Of a DNA stretch of 43,821 nucleotides, positions 8,209-16,124 are shown piece after piece; position 1 is the first letter of the stretch, and every line of letters starts with the position of its first letter. This DNA is from Candidatus Micrarchaeaceae archaeon (lineage in GTDB: Archaea > Micrarchaeota > Micrarchaeia > Micrarchaeales > CABMGC01), in assembly GCA_038873795.1 (NCBI GenBank), contig JAVZDR010000002.1, forward strand, positions 1 to 43,821, given 5' to 3'. Both the position numbers and the translations under genes were made by a program. Under the pieces are notes generated by a model that was given only the letters and a program-made list of their open reading frames with translations, had not been told where the DNA came from and searched no databases.

Positions 8209-8526
8209 TTACCTATTTTTGCTGTGCGCTTTCTTCTTGATCGATGCCTTGGCTTTTGGTGTTGGCCTTCTGGTAGCCACTTTTGCTTTGTGCATTGGCT
8301 TTCTTATATGTGTGGTTCTTTTTTTCCTAGGCTGATTCTTCTCTTCTACCCCATAATTTCCAAGTATCTCTGAAGCGTGCATCTCATCAGAAGGCATTGT
8401 TTCACCGCCAGCGGTTTCGAGCAGCGCCCTGCTCTGCGCATCACTCCTTGCAAGTATATAATTTATCTCCTGGGTTTTCCTGAACTTCTCCAGTTCCCTC
8501 TTGATCGCCACCTTCTTCCTAGCCAT
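8209..8526 (-). CDS. small lysine/arginine-rich hypothetical protein
   Basis: The ORF from ATG 8526 (MARKKVAIKRELEKFRK...KKRTTHIRKPMHKAKVATRRPTPKAKASIKKKAHSKNR) has a TATA-like box about 25-35 nt upstream on the minus strand. No family recognised. Confidence 0.5.
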   Translation of the reverse strand: MARKKVAIKRELEKFRKTQEINYILARSDAQSRALLETAGGETMPSDEMHASEILGNYGVEEKNQPRKKRTTHIRKPMHKAKVATRRPTPKAKASIKKKAHSKNR

Positions 8527-8760
8527 ACAATCAACAGCCAGACAATATTGTATAAATAGAATTAAAGGATTTACTGTTTTTTGGTAAGAGCCCAAGACTC
8601 TTTGATCTCAACGCACTCTAACTGTTGCGCTTTAATCATAATTCCTCCTGGCTCTTGGGGGAGATACTTGCAATATGATATAAGGTGCATCGCAAGCGGC
8701 GCTGGGGGCATATGCGCTGAGACAAGCTTCAAAGAAAGCCCAGCCTTTAGCCGAGGAGGG

Positions 8761-9243
8761 TCACGTCGAAACCCTCACACGTATCTTGCCGAACATTATG
8801 TTTGGAAAGCCGGTGAGTGTATTTGTATAATTTAGGAGTATGCTTCCAGTGAATATGCTGCCTACCGGCAGCGATACTGGATTCCCATACTGGTCATAGC
8901 ATTCTACGTTAAACGTATGCGAAGACCCTATTGGCATAGCTATTTGGTTTGATGTGGGAGTGAAAATAGTGCCCATTTTTATGGATGTGGAATTTTCAGT
9001 GCAGCCTATTGCAGTCACGTTTATAGGCTGTGAGGTTACTTGCTCTATGCTTATCGTAAGCAGGCCATTCGATGCCATATAGTAATTCGTGCAGCTAAAT
9101 CCTGCCTCAAGCAGGCATTCTTGGCCAGCGTAGGCATTTGGGTTGAAAAGCCCAAGCGCGAACATTGCAGCAAGCACTGTAGCTACTATAAGAAACATCC
9201 AGCCATAGGTCATCAGATATTCGACTGCGCTCTGCGTTTTCAT
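8761..9243 (-). CDS. class III signal peptide protein (archaeal type IV pilin-like)
   Basis: MKTQSAVEYLMTYGWMFLIVATVLAAMFALG has the same Q-S-A-V-E-Y-L prepilin-type N-terminus as the 4061..4792 gene. Confidence 0.65.
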   Translation of the reverse strand: MKTQSAVEYLMTYGWMFLIVATVLAAMFALGLFNPNAYAGQECLLEAGFSCTNYYMASNGLLTISIEQVTSQPINVTAIGCTENSTSIKMGTIFTPTSNQIAMPIGSSHTFNVECYDQYGNPVSLPVGSIFTGSILLNYTNTLTGFPNIMFGKIRVRVST

Positions 9244-9399
9244 CCTTATCTCTTACCCTATTGTTGCGCAAATAATTTATGCCTTGTGGAAAGAAAAATC
9301 AATATGCTGCTCTCTACCAATCAGCGCAAATATGGCGAAACAGAAAAAGATATAAGCGCTGTAACAAATATACTGAAATAGCAGGCGGGCTAAAAACCA

Positions 9400-10083
9400 T
9401 TGATCTCTATGGGAAAAACAAATATATTTGGCGTAGAGACCATCTTTCCAGGGGTCTTCAAGCTGGGTAACAGGCTTGCTACTAAAAACAAGGTTCCAGG
9501 GCACAGCACGTACGGTGAGAAGCTTGAAAATGTGGGTGGCGTTGAATATAGATACTGGAACCCATACAGGAGTAAACTGGCCGCTGCAATACTGAAGGGG
9601 CTAAAAGAATTCCACATATCGCATAATTCCAGCGTGCTTTACCTTGGCGCCGCAACTGGGACAACATGCAGCCATATCAGTGATATAGCGTGCGATGGAG
9701 TGATCTATTGCGTGGAAATATCTGAGCAAAGTATGCAAAAGCTTCTCAGGGAATGCGAAATACGCAACAATATGCTACCCTACCTGAGGGATGCAAGAAA
9801 TGTGGAAACATACGCCAATGAGATTGAGAATGTGGATATAATCTATCAGGATGTCTCAGCAAGAGACCAGGCGGAGATACTAATAAGGAACAGCCAGCTC
9901 TTGAATGATAATGGTTATGCGTATGTTGCGATAAAATCGCAGAGCATAGATGTGGGTAAGTCGCCGCAGCAGATCTATAAGGAATTCCTTGAAAAAGCTA
10001 GCAGCGTATTTAAGGTTATAGAAACGATAGACATAATGCCTTATGATAAGTCGCACCTGTTTGCTGTAATGAAGAAACCATGA
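9400..10083 (+). CDS. flpA: fibrillarin-like rRNA/tRNA 2'-O-methyltransferase
   Basis: YRYWNPYRSKLAAAILKGL...VLYLGAATGTTCSHISDI...VYCVEIS...IIYQDVSARDQAEI are fibrillarin motifs. The start is either TTG 9400 or ATG 9409. Confidence 0.93.
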   Translation: MISMGKTNIFGVETIFPGVFKLGNRLATKNKVPGHSTYGEKLENVGGVEYRYWNPYRSKLAAAILKGLKEFHISHNSSVLYLGAATGTTCSHISDIACDGVIYCVEISEQSMQKLLRECEIRNNMLPYLRDARNVETYANEIENVDIIYQDVSARDQAEILIRNSQLLNDNGYAYVAIKSQSIDVGKSPQQIYKEFLEKASSVFKVIETIDIMPYDKSHLFAVMKKP

Positions 10084-10084
10084 A

Positions 10085-10882
10085 GTGATTGAATTGAAAA
10101 TCGAAGTTAAGAAAGCCCTAAGACTCCTTGGCTCGCAGCAGAAGGCATCGCTTGTCTGCCCATACTGCGGAAGCGAGGTACAATCATATACTGAGGGCGT
10201 GGCCATCTGCAACCTTTGCGAGATGCCGGTCGGCACCGGCAGTACAGCACCTCTAGACAACCCCCAGCTTAAAGAGATATTGGTGGCTAGGGCCAGCGCA
10301 ATTTTTAGTGGCCAGTGGGAAACCGCCCTGGAGATTTCAAGTCAGCTCGAAGGGCACAGCGAACTTCCTATATTATATGGAAATGCAATATTCTACGCAT
10401 GCTACTCAGAATACCTGTACAACAAGACCAATTATACGCTTGGCGGATTCATGGAGGAAAATGCCGCAAACAAGGAGCTCTCAAATGCTATGTATATGAA
10501 GTCTAAGGATTTCCTCTTCAAGGCATTGAACAGGCTGAATGCCAAGGCTGGCCAGCTGGCAGGCGATGAACTGTATATGAACGCCCTGATAAGCATAAAA
10601 CTCGGAAAGAGAGCTATTGCAGCAAGGGAGATAGACGAGCTCTCCAAGCTTAATTATGCGCAGATAGCAATAGACTACCTGAAGCTGCTACTTTCGATGA
10701 GCAGCAACAACATAAGAGAATCAGAAATCCTGATCAACAAGCTTATAAATGCAGGGGAAACAAACTCCATTTATCTCGCGTCAAAGCTGCTTTCAGGCAA
10801 TGATCCAAAATCTGCAAAGCTCCTCTATGGCACGCTAACAAAGAAGATACTGCCATTTTCGCTCCGGCCAAAACCGTTTTAA
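10085..10882 (+). CDS. hypothetical protein with N-terminal zinc ribbon and helical-repeat C-terminal region
   Basis: CPYCGSEV...CNLCEMPV is a four-Cys ribbon. The rest is predicted helical (TPR-like by eye). No family recognised. Confidence 0.5.
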   Translation: MIELKIEVKKALRLLGSQQKASLVCPYCGSEVQSYTEGVAICNLCEMPVGTGSTAPLDNPQLKEILVARASAIFSGQWETALEISSQLEGHSELPILYGNAIFYACYSEYLYNKTNYTLGGFMEENAANKELSNAMYMKSKDFLFKALNRLNAKAGQLAGDELYMNALISIKLGKRAIAAREIDELSKLNYAQIAIDYLKLLLSMSSNNIRESEILINKLINAGETNSIYLASKLLSGNDPKSAKLLYGTLTKKILPFSLRPKPF

Positions 10883-10883
10883 A

Positions 10884-11312
10884 CTATACATCAATTACGA
10901 CCCTTGCGCGCCATTTGCCATTCTCCCTCCATACCTTGAGCATATGCATTGTCACAGCCTTGACATCAACAGCGAGCTTCTGCCTTTCAGCATCTAGTTT
11001 TTCCCCATATGCCGTGCAACGTAGCTTGTAGCCCCTGCCTTCACTTATCTTCACATCAAACCTGCCGAATAAAATCTTTTTTGAATCCTTATATAAGATG
11101 ATCCTGTTCAGAAAAAGGAAAAGGAGCATTTCGAGGCTTTTGGAGGCTACTCCAAACCGCAGGGTCTCTGTATGCCCTATGCGATTTGGATCATCTATCA
11201 TTGCGCTAGTGAGCGCCTCTGCAGCGCTGCTGAATAGATCATCAATGGTGGCGCCGTCAGCCTCGAATGCTAGGTCAGCGATTGCAATGTCATCAATGAA
11301 CCTATAACTCAT
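10884..11312 (-). CDS. archease (RtcB activator)
   Basis: MSYRFIDDIAIADLAFEADGATIDDLFSSAAEAL...VKAVTMHMLKV fits the archease pattern. It lies immediately downstream of rtcB with a 1-nt gap. Confidence 0.9.
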   Translation of the reverse strand: MSYRFIDDIAIADLAFEADGATIDDLFSSAAEALTSAMIDDPNRIGHTETLRFGVASKSLEMLLFLFLNRIILYKDSKKILFGRFDVKISEGRGYKLRCTAYGEKLDAERQKLAVDVKAVTMHMLKVWRENGKWRARVVIDV

Positions 11313-11313
11313 C

Positions 11314-12804
11314 TCAACCCTTTACATTAGCAATAGGCCTGAGCCTGAGTACCTTTTTGCTTATTCCGGCCAAGTCCATTGCTTCTACAACATCGTTTAT
11401 GTCCTTGTATGAAAAGCCTGCCTCCTCCGCAAGCCCAGCCATGGTTGTAGCCCTTACATATATGCCTTCCTTGAGCATCTTTTCTCTCAGATCCTCGCCC
11501 CTTATCATTTTCTTCGCCTTCGATCTGCTCATTGTCCTGCCGCTTCCATGAAGAGTTGTGCCGAAGGTTTTCTCTTCCGCGGTTTTTGTGCCAACGCAGA
11601 GGAAGGATCCAGTCTCCATGCTTCCTCCGACTATTACAGGTTGCCCTGTAGATTTGAAAATGCCAATAAGTTCACTGTTGCCTGGGCCAAAGCTTCTTGT
11701 TGCACCCTTCCTATGTACAATTATATCTTTCAGCCTTCCATCTATAGTATGTTTTTCTAAATTGGCTGTATTGTGCGCTACATCGTAGACTATCTCCATA
11801 CCAAGTGCATCCGCGCTCTTTCCAAACACCTTCTCGAATGTGTTCCTTATCTGGTATGTTATGAGCTGCCTGTTGAGGTATGCAAAATTTATTGCCGCAG
11901 ACATAGCACCTATGTAGTCGCGACCTTCATTCGAATTAATTGGTGCATATGCCAGCTGCCTGTCTATGAGCTTTATTCCGTTTTTATCTGCGCTGCTCGC
12001 GAATTTCACAAGGTAATCTGTGCAGATCTGATGCCCGAAACCCCTAGAACCGGTATGCACCATTATGCATACCTGCCCATCGAGAGTGCCAAGCCCCCAT
12101 TTCTTAGCCACATCCTCATCGAAGACCTTGTCTATCGTCTGTATTTCCAGATAGTGGTTTCCTGAGCCTAGAGTTCCAAGCTGTTTTTTGCCCCTGTTGA
12201 ACGCAGCCCTGCTTATCTTCGAAGTGTCGGCATTCTCTACATGCCCATACCTTTCTATCTTGCCTTTGTCAGAGTCAAACCCATAGCCATTGCTTATGGC
12301 CCAGTCCACTCCTTCGTCAACAGCCTCCTTGAATCTGCTCTCAGAGAGCCTAGAGAGCTCTTTAGGCTCTTGGTATGACGTTGCCCCAACACCAGCCGGG
12401 ACAGTCTTGAAAAGCATGTCTGTCAGCTCTCTTATCTTGGGCTTAATCTCGTCAACTGTAATGTTAGTTTTGATAAGGCGCATTCCGCATCCTATATCAA
12501 ACCCTATGGCGCCGGGGGATATTATCCCGCTATCTGCATCGAATGCTCCGCTCCATCCAACCGGCACCCCGTAGCCAGAATGCCCGTCGCTGAATACATA
12601 AGAATAATTGATCAGCCCAGGAAGCATCGCGGCATTGCTTGCCTGATCGAAAACCTCAAGATCCATCTGGCTCAACAGCTTTTCAGTGGCGAAGATCTTC
12701 ACAGGCACATTCATACCTTCCTTAAACTCTGTTGGTATTTCCCACTCCACGTCTGATATCTTCCTGAAAGCTGGCTTCTTGAATTCAATATTTTTGAAAG
12801 ACAT
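11314..12804 (-). CDS. rtcB: RNA-splicing ligase RtcB
   Basis: Full-length RtcB with the metal and GMP-histidine motifs (DIGCGMR, GSGNHYLEIQ, HTGSRGFGHQ, AHNTA, HRKGAT). Confidence 0.95.
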   Translation of the reverse strand: MSFKNIEFKKPAFRKISDVEWEIPTEFKEGMNVPVKIFATEKLLSQMDLEVFDQASNAAMLPGLINYSYVFSDGHSGYGVPVGWSGAFDADSGIISPGAIGFDIGCGMRLIKTNITVDEIKPKIRELTDMLFKTVPAGVGATSYQEPKELSRLSESRFKEAVDEGVDWAISNGYGFDSDKGKIERYGHVENADTSKISRAAFNRGKKQLGTLGSGNHYLEIQTIDKVFDEDVAKKWGLGTLDGQVCIMVHTGSRGFGHQICTDYLVKFASSADKNGIKLIDRQLAYAPINSNEGRDYIGAMSAAINFAYLNRQLITYQIRNTFEKVFGKSADALGMEIVYDVAHNTANLEKHTIDGRLKDIIVHRKGATRSFGPGNSELIGIFKSTGQPVIVGGSMETGSFLCVGTKTAEEKTFGTTLHGSGRTMSRSKAKKMIRGEDLREKMLKEGIYVRATTMAGLAEEAGFSYKDINDVVEAMDLAGISKKVLRLRPIANVKG

Positions 12805-12829
12805 ATAATCACAATATTATGCCACGCAA

Positions 12830-13264
12830 CTAATATAACTTCTTTTCTAGAAGCAGCCTCTCGCGCTCCTTCATCATGCACCTGTTCTCAATGAAAATGA
12901 TACCGTTTTCACTTGCATAGCGCTCGGCGTCGTCGCTGAATATGCCTTCCTGAAGCCACAGGGCCTTTGCACCAATCTTAACCGTGTCTTTGGCTATGGC
13001 CAATGCCTCGCTGCCTGGCCTAAATACGTCCACCACTTCAATCCTTATGCTGCTGGGTATCTCGAGCAGCGACTTGTATGACTTTTCGCCAAGTATTTCA
13101 TCCGCAAACGGGTTCACAGGCACTATGGTATAGCCTGCATTCTTGAGGTATGCCGGTACATCATGGCTGGGCTTGCCTTCCTGCCTTGAGCATCCAACAA
13201 CCGCAATCCTCTTGAAGTTGCGCAGAACATAAATTGCCGCTTCCTCCTTCGAATCATAAACCAG
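12830..13264 (-). CDS. CoA-binding domain protein, probable CTG start
   Basis: The in-frame extension LRNFKRIAVVGCSRQEGKPSHDVPAYLKNAGYTIVPVNPFADEILGEKSYKSL is the Rossmann-type CoA-binding motif. The track start (GTG 13123) removes IAVVG. There is no ATG/GTG/TTG in frame upstream. CTG at 13264 follows GGTGG plus 4 nt. Confidence 0.7.
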   Translation of the reverse strand: MVYDSKEEAAIYVLRNFKRIAVVGCSRQEGKPSHDVPAYLKNAGYTIVPVNPFADEILGEKSYKSLLEIPSSIRIEVVDVFRPGSEALAIAKDTVKIGAKALWLQEGIFSDDAERYASENGIIFIENRCMMKERERLLLEKKLY

Positions 13265-13323
13265 CTTACCACCTATCTTATTAATACAATAATATTATAT
13301 CTGTTTTCTTAAAAATATAAACT

Positions 13324-13701
13324 ATGCACAAGGGAAGTGTAATCATATTAGACACAAGTGCGATGGTATTCAGCATGCGCAACAGAATAGATATATTTGA
13401 TGTTGCAAGAGAGAGATTTCCTGGGCATGCTATCCTAATATCTGAGGGCATAATAAAGGAACTTGAGAGATTTTCCAGAAGCAAGCAGCGCATAGGCAAA
13501 TATGCAAAGCTGCTTCTTATGAACATTCGGAGAAGCAATATAAAAATTGACAAAGACAACGGCTACGTCGATTCTTGGATACTTAAGGCAGCATCAGAAT
13601 CGCAGGGCATAGTATGCACAAACGACATCGCACTTAAAAGAAAGCTTGAAGCAAATGGCATAAAGGTGTTCAGCATAAGCAGGAAAGGACTGCTGCGATG
13701 A
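13324..13701 (+). CDS. PIN-domain protein (Fcf1/Utp24-like, COG1412-type)
   Basis: The PIN acidic residues are present (ILDTSAM, E in IIKELE, VDSWIL, CTNDIALKRKL). It sits in the conserved archaeal position upstream of rpoE-spt4. Confidence 0.8.
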   Translation: MHKGSVIILDTSAMVFSMRNRIDIFDVARERFPGHAILISEGIIKELERFSRSKQRIGKYAKLLLMNIRRSNIKIDKDNGYVDSWILKAASESQGIVCTNDIALKRKLEANGIKVFSISRKGLLR

Positions 13702-13824
13702 AAAACTTCTACACATGCCAAACTCCACCTTTCAACGTACCCCAACACTTCAATATACTTTATATATTTTTTGATATGTTTATATATAGCGCCTTGCTAT
13801 TTATAGACAGATATTGGTGACACT

Positions 13825-14397
13825 TTGTATTATATATATACAGTAAAAGACACTATAAGGATAACCCCAGAATACTTCAATGAAGACCCTATAAAGGCTG
13901 CAACAGAGATCCTGCAGAAAAAGTACGAACGCGTACTTGACAAGGATCTGGGCGTATTGCTTGCGGTCTATAATGTGAGGGACATAAGCGAGGGGGAGAT
14001 ACTGCCTGAAGACCCCGCAATATACCATACGGTTACTTTCGATGTGCTTACCTTTAACCTTGAAATAGAAGAGGTTGTTGTAGGCGAGGTTTCAGAGCTT
14101 GCGGAATTCGGTTGCTTTGTCAGAATAGGTCCTATGGATGGGCTTGTGCACATCTCCCAAATAGCAGACGAGTTCATGACTTTTGACAGAAAGGCAAACA
14201 TGTTCATATCAAAAAGCACAAAGCGGATGCTAAAGAAAGGAGACATTGTCTACGCCAAGGTTTCAACGATAAGCATGAAAAACAACATAAAGGAATCGAA
14301 GATAGCCCTCACAATGAGGCCTGAGGGATTGGGCAAACCAGAATGGCAGTTCGAGAAGAAAGAAACGCAAAAGAAGCAGGGGCAAAAGAGGCGATAA
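13825..14397 (+). CDS. rpoE: DNA-directed RNA polymerase subunit E' (Rpo7)
   Basis: The N-terminal Rpo7 fold is followed by an S1 domain (GEVSELAEFGCFVRIGPMDGLVHISQI). TTG start follows GGTGA plus 4 nt. Confidence 0.92.
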   Translation: MYYIYTVKDTIRITPEYFNEDPIKAATEILQKKYERVLDKDLGVLLAVYNVRDISEGEILPEDPAIYHTVTFDVLTFNLEIEEVVVGEVSELAEFGCFVRIGPMDGLVHISQIADEFMTFDRKANMFISKSTKRMLKKGDIVYAKVSTISMKNNIKESKIALTMRPEGLGKPEWQFEKKETQKKQGQKRR

Positions 14398-14398
14398 T

Positions 14399-14587
14399 AT
14401 GGAAAAGGCCTGTAAAAAATGTCGGCTCATAATAGCTCAGGGCACAGCCTGCCCTATATGCGGCTCAACCGACCTCACCACGAAGTGGCACGGCTACATA
14501 ATGATACTTAATGCTGAGAAATCAGTGCTTGCCAAGAAGTTTGGCATAAATATCAACGGCACTTATGCACTGAGCATTTCAGAATAG
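14399..14587 (+). CDS. spt4: transcription elongation factor Spt4 (RpoE'')
   Basis: Zinc ribbon CKKC...CPICG, then WHGYIMILN. It lies immediately after rpoE. Confidence 0.9.
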   Translation: MEKACKKCRLIIAQGTACPICGSTDLTTKWHGYIMILNAEKSVLAKKFGININGTYALSISE

Positions 14588-14589
14588 CA

Positions 14590-15282
14590 CTATCTCTTTT
14601 CAATCTCGTTTCTGAGATGCTCTTCCTCAACGACTACCCTGTTTATCTTCCCGAAGTATTTCAGCAGGTCACTTACAAGGCTCTCTTTGCCCATAAAGTA
14701 GTTTGCGTCGAACTTATTTAACCCTGATCTTACTGAGATTCTTGCGGAATCCCCGCTTATAGATACTGCAGGCTGTTTTATACCATGGTATTCAGCCAGC
14801 GCCCTCACCTTATCCTCGTCAGTCTCCTCCCTTTCTACTATTTTTACTTCATAAATCATTTTTTCGCCAGCGAACCTGTGGTTTGCGTCTATCACTACCC
14901 TCCCTGAGTTTATCGATTTTACAGTAGCCATCACACCGTCAACGTCAAGGACCATCCCAACATATGGGTTTATGCCCCTGCGCTTCAGATCTGACATGGG
15001 CAGGACTCTCACCAAGTCTGGGTTTCTTTCACCGAATGCATCTTTTGGTTCAAGCTCTATCTTTTTGGTCTGGCCTACGTCCATATCGCGCATAGCCGCG
15101 TCAACTCCCCTTACCACCATGCCCTTCCCAACAACCACAAGATGCGGCCCATATGTCATATTTTCGTCAAATATGCCCGCCCTTTTGGCTTCATCAGCAT
15201 CTGTTGTGTAGACCATCGCATTGTCTGCAGCCCTCCAGACTTTGTATTCGACTTTTACAAAATCTCCTTCATTTAAAGTCAC
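14590..15282 (-). CDS. FKBP-type peptidyl-prolyl cis-trans isomerase (long archaeal type with IF and C-terminal domains)
   Basis: GDFVKVEYKVW...GPHLVVVGKGMVVRGVDAAMRDMDVGQTKKIELEPKDAFGERNP...IDANHRFAGEKMIYEVKIV fits FKBP. GTG start follows AGGTGG plus 4 nt. Confidence 0.9.
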   Translation of the reverse strand: MTLNEGDFVKVEYKVWRAADNAMVYTTDADEAKRAGIFDENMTYGPHLVVVGKGMVVRGVDAAMRDMDVGQTKKIELEPKDAFGERNPDLVRVLPMSDLKRRGINPYVGMVLDVDGVMATVKSINSGRVVIDANHRFAGEKMIYEVKIVEREETDEDKVRALAEYHGIKQPAVSISGDSARISVRSGLNKFDANYFMGKESLVSDLLKYFGKINRVVVEEEHLRNEIEKR

Positions 15283-15332
15283 TCAACCACCTAACATCAT
15301 TTCAAATGCACCAATTGCAACTTATCTAACCC

Positions 15333-15369
15333 AGCGAGAATCCACGAAGTTATCTATTGGATTAGCGAG
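15333..15369. promoter_or_regulatory. hairpin flanked by identical hexamers in the FKBP / 15504-gene intergenic region
   Basis: The element reads AGCGAG-AATCCA-(13 nt)-TGGATT-AGCGAG: a 6-bp inverted repeat bracketed by a direct AGCGAG repeat. Confidence 0.3.
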
Positions 15370-15503
15370 CAGATGGGCAGAAGATTTTTGTAAACACATA
15401 TATAAATTCCTTTTCGTTTAAAATAAATTATTAACTCAGCGGCTAAACAGGAATTAATTTGAAGGGCGCCGTGTGCTTTCTATCAATGCTGGCAATCTAA
15501 AAG

Positions 15504-16124
15504 GTGCATGATGCGAACAGATCTGAACTCTTTAAGTTCCTCGGATCGCTATTCGTGGTAGTGATTTTTATAGTGTCATATGCTTCATTTTCTTTCCAAG
15601 GCAGCAACACAACTTCCACGCTTACTACTACAGTCGAGGTATTTTACCCGTTAGGCTATGCAACTGTGAATGTTACCCCAGTTGTGTACCAATCATCATT
15701 TTCCCTAAAGGAATTATGCAATTCAGGTTATGTAACAAACACTCTGAATGAAACGCTTATCTCGATGGAAAAGAATGGGAGCGTAAGTGCGTTTTACCAG
15801 GCGATCAATGGCACAATAAACGTGCAGAGTGGCACTCTTCAGCCTGGTGATATATATGCTATCATCGAATCCAAGCTCAATTCGACAGAAGGCAGTTGCG
15901 TACAGTTTTCAGGCGGTGCGTCCGTTAAGCTTCCGCAAAGCGCTTATTTCTCAGTGCAAGGCCAAAATATCCGCATACCATTAGGTAGCCTAAGCCTGCA
16001 AAGCATGCAAATCACATACTCTGGTAGGCAGCCCACAATAGTCACTGCGATGATAAGGGCTCTTATTGCGCCCAACTACACCATATACGGAAATATGACA
16101 TTAACGCAGTTGTCGGTGCATTGA
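15504..16124 (+). CDS. hypothetical membrane-anchored / secreted protein
   Basis: N-terminal hydrophobic helix (FLGSLFVVVIFIVSYASF) followed by a Ser/Thr/Asn-rich domain. The 3' end overlaps the gltX start region. The GTG start is weakly supported. Confidence 0.45.
   Translation: MHDANRSELFKFLGSLFVVVIFIVSYASFSFQGSNTTSTLTTTVEVFYPLGYATVNVTPVVYQSSFSLKELCNSGYVTNTLNETLISMEKNGSVSAFYQAINGTINVQSGTLQPGDIYAIIESKLNSTEGSCVQFSGGASVKLPQSAYFSVQGQNIRIPLGSLSLQSMQITYSGRQPTIVTAMIRALIAPNYTIYGNMTLTQLSVH

Noticed and set aside
8571-8639. A 22-codon minus-strand ORF (MIKAQQLECVEIKESWALTKKQ) preceded by a strong GGAGG SD, in the 8527-8760 gap. I also looked there for an ncRNA (local stems; GAGGGT/ACCCTC hairpin over the pilin stop at 8755-8775).
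   Set aside because: It is too short to evaluate without comparative or expression data. The hairpin at the pilin gene's end is most simply a 3'-end structure. No tRNA, SRP or RNase P features are present.
9279-9470. A 63-aa plus-strand ORF upstream of and overlapping the flpA start. I considered it as a remnant of nop5.
   Set aside because: The translation (MPCGKKNQYAALYQSAQIWRNRKRYKRC…) has no similarity to Nop5, and it overlaps flpA out of frame.
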